A stretch of DNA of 64,000 nt from Verrucomicrobiia bacterium (GTDB lineage Bacteria; Verrucomicrobiota; Verrucomicrobiia; Palsa-1439): contig JBEKBH010000006.1 in NCBI GenBank assembly GCA_050015495.1, positions 67,661 to 131,660 on the forward strand, given 5' to 3'. The notes below the pieces were generated by a model. It was given only the letters and a program-made list of their open reading frames with translations. It had not been told where the DNA came from and made no database searches. The position numbers and the translations under genes were made by a program. This document shows, piece after piece, positions 37,390 to 46,818 of the stretch. The number at the start of each line of letters is the position of its first letter. Position 1 is the first letter of the stretch.

Positions 37390-39666
37390 ATGAAAACATG
37401 GACCCCGAACACGATGGCCGGGCATTTCAGAACTGCCTACACGGCGAAGCTGCTGCCACTGCTGCTGCTCCTCTTGCTTCCACCGGCCGCCGTACAAGCC
37501 CAATACTCTTACAAAACCAACAATAACACGATCACCATTGTACAACCCTCCTGTGGCACCGGTGCTCTGACCATCCCAAGCACAATTAATGACCTGCCGG
37601 TCACCAGCATCGGGGAGGATGCGTTGTACGGCTGCACCGTCTTGACCAGCGTCACGATTCCAGCCAGCGTTACCAGCATCGGGGACGGGGCGTTTTCCGG
37701 CTGCTTCAGGCTGACTGCGATCATGGTGGACACAAACAATCTCATCTATAGCAGCGTGGATGGGGTGTTGTTCGACCAGAGCCAGACCACACTTATTCAA
37801 TACCCGGGAGGCCAAGCTGGCAGCTACTCGATTCCCTCCAGCGTCACCAGGATCGAGGACGATGCGTTCTATGGCTGCGCCAGCCTGACCAATGTCACGA
37901 TTGGGACCAGCGTCACCAACATTGGGAACTATGCGTTCGCGGACTGCACCAGCCTGACTGGCGTGACGATCCCCAACGGCGTCACTAGCATCGGGGACGA
38001 TGCGTTCTTCAACTGCGCCAGCCTGGCGAACGTTACGATTCCCGCCAGCGTCGTTTACATTGGGTACAATGCGTTCGCGAACTGCACCAACCTGACAGCA
38101 GTGTATTTCCAAGGGAACGCCCCCGACCTTGATGGTTGTTGTGTGTTCTCAACTGACACCGGCACGTATGTGGGCTTTGACCCGGCGATGGTCTATTACC
38201 TGCCGGGGACCACGGGCTGGGGCACAACGTTTGGCGGTCTACCGACTGTTGACATGGCCTTCACTTACACGACCGCTAACGGTACGGCCACCATTACCGG
38301 GTACTTATGTCCCACCAACGGCACTGCGTTGACCATCCCCAGCGTGCTCGGTGGCTTGCCGGTCACCAGCATCGGGGACGATGCGTTCTATGGGTGCGCC
38401 AGCCTGACCAACGTCACGATCCCCGCCAGCGTCACCAACATTGGGGACAATGCGTTCGCGAACTGCACCGACCTGACAGCAATCGATTTCCAAGGGAACG
38501 CCCCCAGCATCGGGACGAATTCGACGGTGTTCTCCGGTGACACCAATGCGATGGTCTATTACATGCCGAGGACCACGGGCTGGGGCACAACGTTTGGCGG
38601 GCTGCCGACTGTTGATGTCGCCTTCACCTACACGACCACTAACGGTACGATCACCATCACCGGCTACACCGGTCCCGGTGGGGCGTTGACCATCCCCAGC
38701 GCGCTCGGCGGTTTGCCGGTCACCAGCATTGGGAGCGATGCGTTCTACTATACTGGCCTGACGGGCGTCACGATTCCCGCCAGCGTTACCAGCATCGCGA
38801 GCAATGCGTTCGCGGATTGCAGAAGCCTGATCAGCGTCACCATCCCCAACAGCGTCACCAGCATTGGGGACGGTGCGTTCGCGGATTGCGGAAGCCTGAT
38901 CAGCATCTTGTTCCTGGGGAACGCTCCAAGCGTTGGTTCGGATGTCTTCGGTGGTGACAGTGCGACCGCCGTTTACTTGCCGGAGGCCACAGGTTTTGGC
39001 GCAATGTTTGGCGGTTTGCCGACGGCCGCAGAGTGGTCGTCGCCGCAGGATGAGGTGAAACTCACGGAGGCTTGCCAGGATAAACTCTTTTGCGATGACC
39101 TAGGCAATGTTGACGTTGATCCGACCGGCTCGTTCACCGTCCACGCCGTTTTGTTCACCAGTGCCGGACTTAACGCCACCAACCTCAATCCGAACACAGT
39201 GGTCGGAATCATTATCGGCGATTGGGCGTACCACGGTACATTGGGTGACAATCCCAAGTACAAGGACATGGCCACTAAGGCGACGTTGCGGCTGACTTAC
39301 CAATATTATCCTTCTTCACTTAGCGATGATCCCATGACGAAGTCCGCCGGTGCCGTGACCCTCGGTTTTGGCAAGACGAACACGACGTTGGCGATCACTT
39401 CCAGGGCCGGTGACGCCATTAACAGGGACGGAGAGGATAACACCATTCAGAACTTCATTGCTGCCGATACTCTGACTGGCCAAGCCGCGCCCGGCAAATC
39501 AGTAGTCGTCAGCAATACGATCAGTGCGATCATTATCATTGACGACAACGCGGAGATGTTTACCAACATTGTCATAACCGGCACCGTTGCCGAGAAACTC
39601 TCGAAACGTACACGCGGTGGCCAGTGGTTCTTGGACACGGTGAAGATCAACGGCACGTCGCCGTAG
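37390..39666 (+). CDS. Cell-surface leucine-rich-repeat protein (BspA-type LRR_5 repeats) with signal peptide
   Basis: Signal peptide KLLPLLLLLLLPPAAVQA. Many repeats of the pattern ..IP.SVTSIGD.AF..C..LT.VTIP.. . Confidence 0.75.
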   Translation: MKTWTPNTMAGHFRTAYTAKLLPLLLLLLLPPAAVQAQYSYKTNNNTITIVQPSCGTGALTIPSTINDLPVTSIGEDALYGCTVLTSVTIPASVTSIGDGAFSGCFRLTAIMVDTNNLIYSSVDGVLFDQSQTTLIQYPGGQAGSYSIPSSVTRIEDDAFYGCASLTNVTIGTSVTNIGNYAFADCTSLTGVTIPNGVTSIGDDAFFNCASLANVTIPASVVYIGYNAFANCTNLTAVYFQGNAPDLDGCCVFSTDTGTYVGFDPAMVYYLPGTTGWGTTFGGLPTVDMAFTYTTANGTATITGYLCPTNGTALTIPSVLGGLPVTSIGDDAFYGCASLTNVTIPASVTNIGDNAFANCTDLTAIDFQGNAPSIGTNSTVFSGDTNAMVYYMPRTTGWGTTFGGLPTVDVAFTYTTTNGTITITGYTGPGGALTIPSALGGLPVTSIGSDAFYYTGLTGVTIPASVTSIASNAFADCRSLISVTIPNSVTSIGDGAFADCGSLISILFLGNAPSVGSDVFGGDSATAVYLPEATGFGAMFGGLPTAAEWSSPQDEVKLTEACQDKLFCDDLGNVDVDPTGSFTVHAVLFTSAGLNATNLNPNTVVGIIIGDWAYHGTLGDNPKYKDMATKATLRLTYQYYPSSLSDDPMTKSAGAVTLGFGKTNTTLAITSRAGDAINRDGEDNTIQNFIAADTLTGQAAPGKSVVVSNTISAIIIIDDNAEMFTNIVITGTVAEKLSKRTRGGQWFLDTVKINGTSP

Positions 39667-39706
39667 CGAGAATCCAGGCGTACTCCGTCAGCCAAATACA
39701 TACGAT

Positions 39707-39787
39707 CCGCAGTGTCCCACCCGTCATCACGGCCGGCAACCGCCGCCGTGAGACATCGGAAGCATCCCGCCTCCGGCCGCCGCTAGA
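39707..39787. repeat. Copy 2 of the ~80-bp direct repeat (see 36962..37046). It overlaps the stop codon of the minus-strand export gene.
   Basis: See copy 1. Confidence 0.7.
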
Positions 39788-40460
39788 ACCAGGAGAATTT
39801 CTCCGGCACGTACACGATGTCCGAGGGCTTCAGGTAGAAGGGCGTGCTCTGCTTGGCCTCGAGGGCCTCTTTCAGGTTCAGCGTGTAGTTCTTCGTCCCG
39901 TCCTTCTCGTTGCGGACCACTCGGACATGACCGAGGTTGGCTTTCGTGTAGTCGAAGCCGCCCGCTTCCATGATGGCTTCCAGCGCGGTGATCGGGTGGT
40001 CGGACATGATCTTGCCCGGCCGGATCACAGCCCCGGTCACGAAAACGGGAAACGAGGAAGACGTCACGGTCACCGTGACTTCCTTGGTGACCAACTGGGA
40101 CGAGTAGAGTTTGAGAATCTCTTTCTCCAAATCGGCCGGCGTCAGCCCGGCGGCGACGACTTCCCCGACCATGGACAAGACAATCTTGCCGTCTCTTCGG
40201 ATCTGCTGCGAGTCATTGAGATTCGGGGCGCCGGGAAAGGTGATCTTCAACACGTCGCCCTCGCGCAGGATGATCGCATTCGACTGTTCGGCGGCGGTAT
40301 CGACGGGAGCGTTTGTCTGGGTGGTCTGACAGCCGGCCATGGCGGTCAGGATTGCGACCACCAGGGTCGCGAGCATCGTTCGCGAACGGCCGCCAACGAA
40401 CACGCCTCTGTTGTTTGGCAAGCGGTCGAGATCAGTTCGAATCGTTGAACCCTTGGTCAT
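39783..40460 (-). CDS. Polysaccharide export protein (Wza/GumB-like periplasmic lipoprotein). Resembles the PEP-CTERM-system-associated export protein.
   Basis: Lipobox LTAMAGCQ. Poly_export-type region ILREGDVLKITF...RRDGKIVLSMVGEVVAAGLTPADLEKEI and SLBB-like C-terminus. Alternative start M29 at 40376. Confidence 0.8.
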   Translation of the reverse strand: MTKGSTIRTDLDRLPNNRGVFVGGRSRTMLATLVVAILTAMAGCQTTQTNAPVDTAAEQSNAIILREGDVLKITFPGAPNLNDSQQIRRDGKIVLSMVGEVVAAGLTPADLEKEILKLYSSQLVTKEVTVTVTSSSFPVFVTGAVIRPGKIMSDHPITALEAIMEAGGFDYTKANLGHVRVVRNEKDGTKNYTLNLKEALEAKQSTPFYLKPSDIVYVPEKFSWF

Positions 40461-40503
40461 TCGTCAGTCTCCTTCGGATGTTATACGCGGCTCGCACGGG
40501 AAT

Positions 40504-40520
40504 GTGTGGCAAGTCCCGTG
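40504..40520 (+). promoter_or_regulatory. Weak candidate sigma-54 promoter (TGGCAA-N5-GTGCC, GG-N10-GC) about 350 bp upstream of the PEP-CTERM protein gene
   Basis: GG-N10-GC spacing is present. The -12 element and the distance to the start codon are imperfect. Confidence 0.25.
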
Positions 40521-40875
40521 CCTCTCATGCGCGGGTCATTCTATTCGTGTGCGGTCACGGCGACAACATTAAAGCCGAGCTTCCGGGCACGCATCGTAGT
40601 ACAGCGAGAGGCTGTACAGCGGGTCAACCCAAGCGTAATCCAACGGTCAGCATTGTGTAAATTGGCGTCGGAATACCTTACACTTATTGGCAAACTCTCG
40701 GAATCTCACGAACGAGAGTGTGATTTATAATAGCGTTATTACCAAGCACTTGGCGTGGTAACCCAGCCTGAATTTTGTCCTCGCGGCATGGGTAGTGCTA
40801 GGTAAGTGATTGATTCTGCAACGGGTGCCGTCGTTTGGTTCGACGGCAAGCAGAAGGGGAAGAAAGGGTATAGGG

Positions 40876-41640
40876 ATGAAAGGGAAAATGTTGTTCTCGC
40901 CCCGGGTGGGGCTCTGTTTGGCGGCCATCGGGCTGGCCATTATCACCACGTCAGCCAGTGCTGTTCAATACACGTTTGAGGGTGAAACTGGCGGCGGGCT
41001 GGTGATGCGGATTCAGACGTCCGAAGGGGATATGAATGCTTTGGTGGGTCAATTGATCATGACCACTTCGGCACCCGGCTGGCAATCTCCATTGTTGACG
41101 TATTGCACCGATGTCGATGCGACCCTCGCCTCGACGTTCAACTACAGCCCGTACGCGTTTACGGCTCCACAAGCGACCGGGGTGGATCCGAAGTGGGTTT
41201 CGAACGGTATTCAGGATGCCGCCGCGATCTGGTACGCCTTCAGCGCGACCGCGGGAATGGACGCGACCGGCGTGAAGGAGGCGGGGCTCCAACTCGCGAT
41301 CTGGGAAGCGTTGTATAACAACCAAGCCACCTACACGAGTAGCAGCTTCTTCAATTCGTCAAACGGCGGTTTTTACATTACGTCATATGATTCAGGGGAC
41401 ATCGCCTTGGCGGCGAATGACGCCGCGGCCTGGCTGAACAGCCTGGACAGTCTCCCTGCGGCCCCGGATGGCGATTGGCTGGCTCCGGTTGACTCCGACG
41501 ACGTGATTTGCGGATCTCAGGGGCTGCTTTATCCAATTGCGGCACCCTGTGAAGTGCCCGAAGGAACATCGACGCTGATGTTACTCGGCGCGGCCCTCAC
41601 GACGCTGAGCTTGGCAGGCCGTAAACTCCACTCGAAGTAA
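40876..41640 (+). CDS. PEP-CTERM-anchored secreted protein (exosortase substrate)
   Basis: N-terminal signal peptide MLFSPRVGLCLAAIGLAIITTSASA. C-terminal sorting signal ..CEVPEGTSTLMLLGAALTTLSLAGRKLHSK (PEP-like VPEG, TM helix, basic tail). Confidence 0.75.
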   Translation: MKGKMLFSPRVGLCLAAIGLAIITTSASAVQYTFEGETGGGLVMRIQTSEGDMNALVGQLIMTTSAPGWQSPLLTYCTDVDATLASTFNYSPYAFTAPQATGVDPKWVSNGIQDAAAIWYAFSATAGMDATGVKEAGLQLAIWEALYNNQATYTSSSFFNSSNGGFYITSYDSGDIALAANDAAAWLNSLDSLPAAPDGDWLAPVDSDDVICGSQGLLYPIAAPCEVPEGTSTLMLLGAALTTLSLAGRKLHSK

Positions 41641-41670
41641 GCGGGGATTCAGCCGAGCGCTACGCGCGGG

Positions 41671-41705
41671 GCGGTTCTGACTGGACATCGTCCAATCGGA
41701 ACCGC
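41671..41705. terminator. Possible bidirectional hairpin between convergent genes (GCGGTTC-N21-GAACCGC)
   Basis: 7-bp perfect stem. The loop is long and there is no U-tract. Confidence 0.2.
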
Positions 41706-41785
41706 CTTGAAGCATGGGGAACGACTGCGGGCGGTCGAGCGAGCGGACAGGGCCCGGAAGCTTCTCTCGGGGTGTTTGCCGGGGA

Positions 41786-42469
41786 TTAGCTGAGCTGGCC
41801 GGTGAAGGTCAGATGGCCCGTGGGAACCAGCACCGTGTTCGTTTGACCATTCGAGATCACGTCGAGCACACCCATGAAATGCGCTTGTCCGGAGCGCTGG
41901 GTAATGCCTTTGTGGTTCCCCGGAGTCAGCTTGACGATGTCCTCGTCCCCCATCGCCTTGTCGAGAGGATCGCGATCCTGGGCCGCCAACACAGCCGTGG
42001 CGCAGCCATTGGTGTCCAGATGCAGACGACCGGCAACCGTCAAATAACCTCCTGCGAGATTCCCGACCGGTTGAACATCAAAAATGGCCACAAACCGCTC
42101 CAGATTCGTCATTCCAGTCGTGAGGTCTGCTTCCTGCACGGTGTCGAAGCTCGTGGTCTGCGCAATCGTCGTTATATTCGAGTTGACCGTGTCGTAGACG
42201 ACCAAGAGACCCACCGAGCTGTCGCAATTGATCGCGAGGGCCAGTACCTGGTTGTTCGTGGGTTGCGCGCCCGACGCGAGTGCGACGATGTCTGGTCCCC
42301 ACCAGGACTGAATGTCATACCGGGGAATACCCCCGTCACTTGTCTGCGAAACCGCGATTGTGTAGGCCGCCGAGCCAACCGAAAGGAAGCCCGATGATCC
42401 GCCCCACACAGAGGCTACAGCCGCAACGAGCGATCCCACTCCCAGAACAGTCCACTTCTTCACATTCAC
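41786..42469 (-). CDS. Secreted hypothetical protein (signal peptide, Thr/Gly-rich, beta-rich). No PEP-CTERM tail.
   Basis: Signal peptide MNVKKWTVLGVGSLVAAVASVWG. No recognisable family. Confidence 0.45.
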   Translation of the reverse strand: MNVKKWTVLGVGSLVAAVASVWGGSSGFLSVGSAAYTIAVSQTSDGGIPRYDIQSWWGPDIVALASGAQPTNNQVLALAINCDSSVGLLVVYDTVNSNITTIAQTTSFDTVQEADLTTGMTNLERFVAIFDVQPVGNLAGGYLTVAGRLHLDTNGCATAVLAAQDRDPLDKAMGDEDIVKLTPGNHKGITQRSGQAHFMGVLDVISNGQTNTVLVPTGHLTFTGQLS

Positions 42470-43053
42470 TGCGCAACTCCTTTCACTACGTTACTTTCGC
42501 CCGAATGAATCATCGACTGGCGAGATTCAACTACATCATGATAGGCGAGCGTCTCGGCGCATCCGGTGCCAACCTGCTGGCGCGTTCGGTCTCAGGCACC
42601 ACAATCCGGAATGGGGTGGGAGAGTGGTGGGATTGAGACTTATGAGCAACCGAGAGAACAACATAATTCAACATCGAGAATGGGTTTGAGCAGCTAACGT
42701 ACCAGTAGCGGTCCGGCGGCTTTTCTGGCAGCTTTACATGGAAAATCCGACCCGATGGTTCTCAAGCGAGGGCAATCTTTCGTAGGATAGATACCCGTTT
42801 CTCTTTGCTGAGTGGGCTGATTCTCTCTGGTGCGGACAGCTGGGTCGCCGACTGTTCCGGCGGCAAGAAAACGCACGTCGCGAGGTTTAATGGCGCAACT
42901 CTGGCTTCCCTATGGACTTACCGCTATTCGAGGGGTTGAACGCAAGGCGGGCACGGCATGGCTATTATCTTGATAAGGAGGATGTTGAGATTGGGCCGTG
43001 ACAAACGGGAAAAATCACTACCGTGTGCTTGTGACCGCTGCATCGGGAGCGGG

Positions 43054-44001
43054 TCAGACCCGGGGAAGGGCTGGTGGCATCGGCGCGTTGACTGACCACG
43101 CGTCGAGGGGGTTTACTTGCCCGCAATCGACACATCGGGTGACATCGAACCGTGCCCCGCAGTGGGGACATGCGGCATGCGTCACGAACGTGTCGAATAC
43201 AGTCCCGCACTGGCCGCACTTCCAGAGCGCGCCCTGTGGCGGAGCCGCGTGGCAGGACGGGCAGGCAAACCCTTCATGACGGGGCGCCGCCGCCAGCCGG
43301 GCGAGCACACGGGCCTGTTGCAGGCCGCGCCAACAATTCATGAGGATGAACGCCGCCATAATGCCGAACCAGATCGATTGAGCCCGCAACGCCAGCACCA
43401 CCAATCCTGCTACGCCGACGAAGCCGATGATCACCGCTGCCATCAAACTGCGCGCCCGGCCCATGACAAACCATAGCAACGCGCGCAGAATCTGCCCGCC
43501 ATCGAGCGGATATACCGGCAATACATTGAAGATCAAGAGCACGAGATTGATGACCCAGACGGCGTACAGCAGTCCATACACGTCGGGCGCGGAATTCGGC
43601 CAGCCCCAGGAGGTCGCCGCCACACGCGCGATCGTAAGCACTGGGAACAGCACAACGTTGACCAGCGGCCCGGCGGCGATGCTCCACAGAACGGCGCCGG
43701 GACGGGGCGGAGGATCCACGTACGCCACGCCTCCGAGGGGCCAGAGCACGATTTGATTGGCGCGCCCGCCAACGCTACGGCAGGCCAGCGCGTGGCCGAA
43801 CTCGTGCACCGTGACGATCACGAACAGCGCCAGATATTCCAGGCCGTTCCACAGCAGCGAGGAGTAGTCATGCCCGCGGTTGCTGATTTCGTATGCGGCC
43901 ACGATGAACCACGACCAGTGCAGGAACACGGTGATGCCCGCCACTTGGAAGAGGCGGATGGAACCCTGCCGGGTCGGCATCATTTGTTCTGATCCCCGCA
44001 C
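43054..44001 (-). CDS. Site-2-protease-type M50 family zinc metallopeptidase with a C-terminal double zinc-ribbon
   Basis: HEFGHAL (HExxH) within a TM helix. Later ..LDGG motif. C-terminal CPSCH...CGQCG...CPHCG...CVDCG. Confidence 0.75.
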   Translation of the reverse strand: MRGSEQMMPTRQGSIRLFQVAGITVFLHWSWFIVAAYEISNRGHDYSSLLWNGLEYLALFVIVTVHEFGHALACRSVGGRANQIVLWPLGGVAYVDPPPRPGAVLWSIAAGPLVNVVLFPVLTIARVAATSWGWPNSAPDVYGLLYAVWVINLVLLIFNVLPVYPLDGGQILRALLWFVMGRARSLMAAVIIGFVGVAGLVVLALRAQSIWFGIMAAFILMNCWRGLQQARVLARLAAAPRHEGFACPSCHAAPPQGALWKCGQCGTVFDTFVTHAACPHCGARFDVTRCVDCGQVNPLDAWSVNAPMPPALPRV

Positions 44002-44168
44002 AAGGGCCCGTCCGTCATCGAAGCAAAATTCACGGCGCGGTTATAACATAGTCGTGGCCCACCACAAGCGTATTGCGGTCGCGTGTCTTCCATCAAAGGT
44101 GCTCCTGTCCGTTGAAACAATTGGCGTTGGAGCTTGTGGCTTCGCTGGAACGCAATGCGATGAATGAA

Positions 44169-45326
44169 TCAGATGGCGGCGGGTTTTCCACCCGGCGCGC
44201 AGACGCGGCGATACAACGCTTCGTAGCGGGGCACGATGGCCTCCGCGGAAAATAGCTCGCGGGCGCGGTGTTGCGCCGCGCGCCCGAGCGTGGACCGGCG
44301 GACCGGGTCGTTGATCAGACTCTCGACCGCACGGGCAAGGACATCGGCATCGCCCGAGGCTACCAGCAGTCCAGACACGCCGTCTTCGACCACCTCCGGA
44401 ATGCCGCCGGCGCGCCGGGCGACACTGGGACAGGCAAAACACATCGCCTCGAGAATGCTCAGACAAAAGCTTTCCGATTCAGAAGTGAACAATCCGAGGT
44501 CAGCCGCCTGCAGATAATCTTCGATGTCATTGACCCGTTCGCGTACGACCACCCGATCCTCAATGCCCAGCCGGCGCACGTCGGCGGCGAATGGCGCGAA
44601 ATCCCCGCCGGCGAGAATAACGAGTTTGAACGCGGCGCGGGGACGGATGCGCGCGACGGTTTCGAGCAGTAGATCGATGCGTTTCAGCGGACGAAGATTC
44701 GAGGAATGCAGCACAACCACTTCATCGCGCACACCCAGGTCGCGCCGCACCTCTTCCCGCGTGCGCCGAGTCGGGCGAGGCGCAAAGAAACTGTGAATCA
44801 CTTCGATGGGACGATCCACCGCGAGCAACTGTTGGGTCTCCTGTTGCAGAAATGCGGACACAGTCGTAATGGCATCCGAGCGGGCGAGAGCGTGGCGGAT
44901 CGCCGGCCCATAGCCCGGATCACGGCCCAGCAACGTGGTGTCCGTGCCGTGCAGCGTCGTGACGACCCGCGGCTGTTGCTCTGGTGGAAGCATCGCCCGC
45001 GCAAGGATGGCCGCGGTCGCGTGGGGCACGGCGTAGTGAACATGCAGCACATCGAGCCGGTGGTCGCGGCTTACCTCCGCCATCTTGACGGAAAGCGGCA
45101 GCGTGTAGTCGGGGTATTTGAACAAATCGTAATCGTTGATGATCACCGGGTGGAAATGAATCCGTGGCGCGTCCACCGGCAGACGGAACGGACGTTCGTA
45201 GCTGATGAAATGCACCTCGTGGCCGCGACGCGCCAACTCCTCGCCCAATGCGGTGGCGAGGATGCCGCTCCCTCCCACCGAGGGATAACAGGTGATGCCG
45301 ATCTTCAGTGGGCGCCCGGTCGTCAT
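44169..45326 (-). CDS. bshA: N-acetyl-alpha-D-glucosaminyl L-malate synthase BshA (GT4)
   Basis: N-terminal LKIGITCYPSVGGSGILATALGEELARRGHEVHFIS closely matches the BshA signature. C-terminal GT1 EX7E region. Confidence 0.7.
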   Translation of the reverse strand: MTTGRPLKIGITCYPSVGGSGILATALGEELARRGHEVHFISYERPFRLPVDAPRIHFHPVIINDYDLFKYPDYTLPLSVKMAEVSRDHRLDVLHVHYAVPHATAAILARAMLPPEQQPRVVTTLHGTDTTLLGRDPGYGPAIRHALARSDAITTVSAFLQQETQQLLAVDRPIEVIHSFFAPRPTRRTREEVRRDLGVRDEVVVLHSSNLRPLKRIDLLLETVARIRPRAAFKLVILAGGDFAPFAADVRRLGIEDRVVVRERVNDIEDYLQAADLGLFTSESESFCLSILEAMCFACPSVARRAGGIPEVVEDGVSGLLVASGDADVLARAVESLINDPVRRSTLGRAAQHRARELFSAEAIVPRYEALYRRVCAPGGKPAAI

Positions 45327-45332
45327 GGCAGC

Positions 45333-46082
45333 TCAAAAATGACGCGCACCCCGGCTCGCTTGTGCGAGCGAATCGAGAACGAGCGGATCGTTTGGGAACA
45401 GGGCCATGGCATGACCAATGCCGGCGCGCAGTCCCCACAACCGCGCGCGCGTGAGTTGCAACTCGACGTAGTTGCGGGTACGAGATTGCGACGCATGCGT
45501 TTCCATCGCGGCGGTCCACGCGGCGACGATTTCCGGCGCGGAGATGTCGATGAGCACCGGCGTGGCACCGGACGGTTCCGCTTCGGGTGTTATCGCGTAG
45601 AAAAAGAGTTGGTCGATCCCATGTGGAGGCAAGGCGCGCAATTCCTTCAAGCCGCCGTAACGAGCCAGCCGCGCCGCGTCCCGCACCAAATGTCCGAGCC
45701 GCGCATGGTCGGGGTGCTGATTTCCCACCAGGCTCGGTGCGAGCACAATGCCCGGCCGCACGCGTCGGAGAATGCCGGCCAGGTGAATGGCGTGAGCCGC
45801 GCGGACCTCCAGGCGGGCATCACCGCCGAGTTCGATAAACTCCACTGACGCGCCGAGGAGCGCGGCGGATTTTTTCGCCTCGGCGATCCGTTGCGCGGGC
45901 GAGCCGTGCGTGGCCGCCTCGCCGCGGGAGCAGACAACAAAGTGCGCCTCCCGGCCGGCGCGGACCTCACGCGCAACAACGCCACCGCACCCGAACTCAA
46001 TGTCATCGGGATGCGCGCCAAAGGCGAGCAGCGGCGGGAGTTTACGAAGCGATTTCGGTGTAGGCTTCATCGGAACGGTCAA
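45333..46082 (-). CDS. bshB: PIG-L/LmbE-family deacetylase, BshB-like
   Basis: LAFGAHPDDIEFGCGG signature. Adjacent to bshA. Confidence 0.65.
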   Translation of the reverse strand: MTVPMKPTPKSLRKLPPLLAFGAHPDDIEFGCGGVVAREVRAGREAHFVVCSRGEAATHGSPAQRIAEAKKSAALLGASVEFIELGGDARLEVRAAHAIHLAGILRRVRPGIVLAPSLVGNQHPDHARLGHLVRDAARLARYGGLKELRALPPHGIDQLFFYAITPEAEPSGATPVLIDISAPEIVAAWTAAMETHASQSRTRNYVELQLTRARLWGLRAGIGHAMALFPNDPLVLDSLAQASRGARHF

Positions 46083-46818
46083 TTATATCACGATTCACGC
46101 AGGTAATCTCCGGTGCTTGTTCCTTGTGCAGGTATGCCTGTTCGCCGGCGCCAGCGACGTAATGGGTACAATGCACGACGGACTGCATCCATCGCAGCCG
46201 CGTGTCGCGCGTCGGACTGATTTGCTCTTTGGTAAAGGTCTTTCCCGTCAGAGTCACGAAGCGGTCTCCACCCTCGTGCAGTGTTAGAACGTCGTTGTTG
46301 TGGCGGGCCCGCACAATTTCGCCCTCATGCGGGACATCGACGAAGAAGTCCTCGACATCGCAAGCCGCGCGGCGGAACGAAGGGTCGCTGGAGCGCGCCA
46401 CGGAGATTCCGTCGAGCAGGCCCATGTGGCGATACATCTCCAGGCAAAAGTTGGCCACAGTACCGGCGGAAGTTTTCTGGAAGACATCGAGGCAACGGCG
46501 CTCGACATAGTTGGGCAATTGGAGAGCAGTCCGGGCGTGCCAATCAGCGGGAATGCGTTTGAGGTAGAGCGGGCAGAATTTTCGTTGGAGCCTGTTCTCG
46601 AACGTAAAGTTGAGCGCCGCCGATTCGCCGGTCTTGCGATGGCGGAGGATGGTCTTCGTTTCGCGCGGGTCATGATCGCTGTCATGATAGAAGAACACAA
46701 TCTCGCCGCCGATCTCAGATTGCAGGCGGCGGGCTGTCCGGATCTTGGCGACAAGGAATCGTTTCGGGAAGAACCCGCACGGTTGCTGGCCGAAACAGAT
46801 GACAGGCGCGCCGGTCAT
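46042..46818 (-). CDS. Conserved hypothetical protein (possibly bacillithiol-pathway related)
   Basis: ATGA coupling to the symporter stop. No recognisable family. GQQP.G motif only weakly reminiscent of the BshC N-terminus. Confidence 0.4.
   Translation of the reverse strand: MTGAPVICFGQQPCGFFPKRFLVAKIRTARRLQSEIGGEIVFFYHDSDHDPRETKTILRHRKTGESAALNFTFENRLQRKFCPLYLKRIPADWHARTALQLPNYVERRCLDVFQKTSAGTVANFCLEMYRHMGLLDGISVARSSDPSFRRAACDVEDFFVDVPHEGEIVRARHNNDVLTLHEGGDRFVTLTGKTFTKEQISPTRDTRLRWMQSVVHCTHYVAGAGEQAYLHKEQAPEITCVNRDIIDRSDEAYTEIAS

Noticed and set aside
42694-42876. 60-aa ORF in the 42470-43053 gap
   Set aside because: No RBS, Arg-rich with no hydrophobic or structured pattern. Likely spurious, so the gap is treated as non-coding.
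44706-45848. 380-aa plus-strand ORF antisense to the bshA/bshB genes. Also 5077..6036(-), 20452..21327(-), 23049..23888(-), 31403..32107(-), 33369..34166(-), 47883..48599(+), 49903..50886(+).
   Set aside because: All are antisense or frame-shifted open frames produced by GC3 bias. No start context or motifs, and they overlap well-supported genes.
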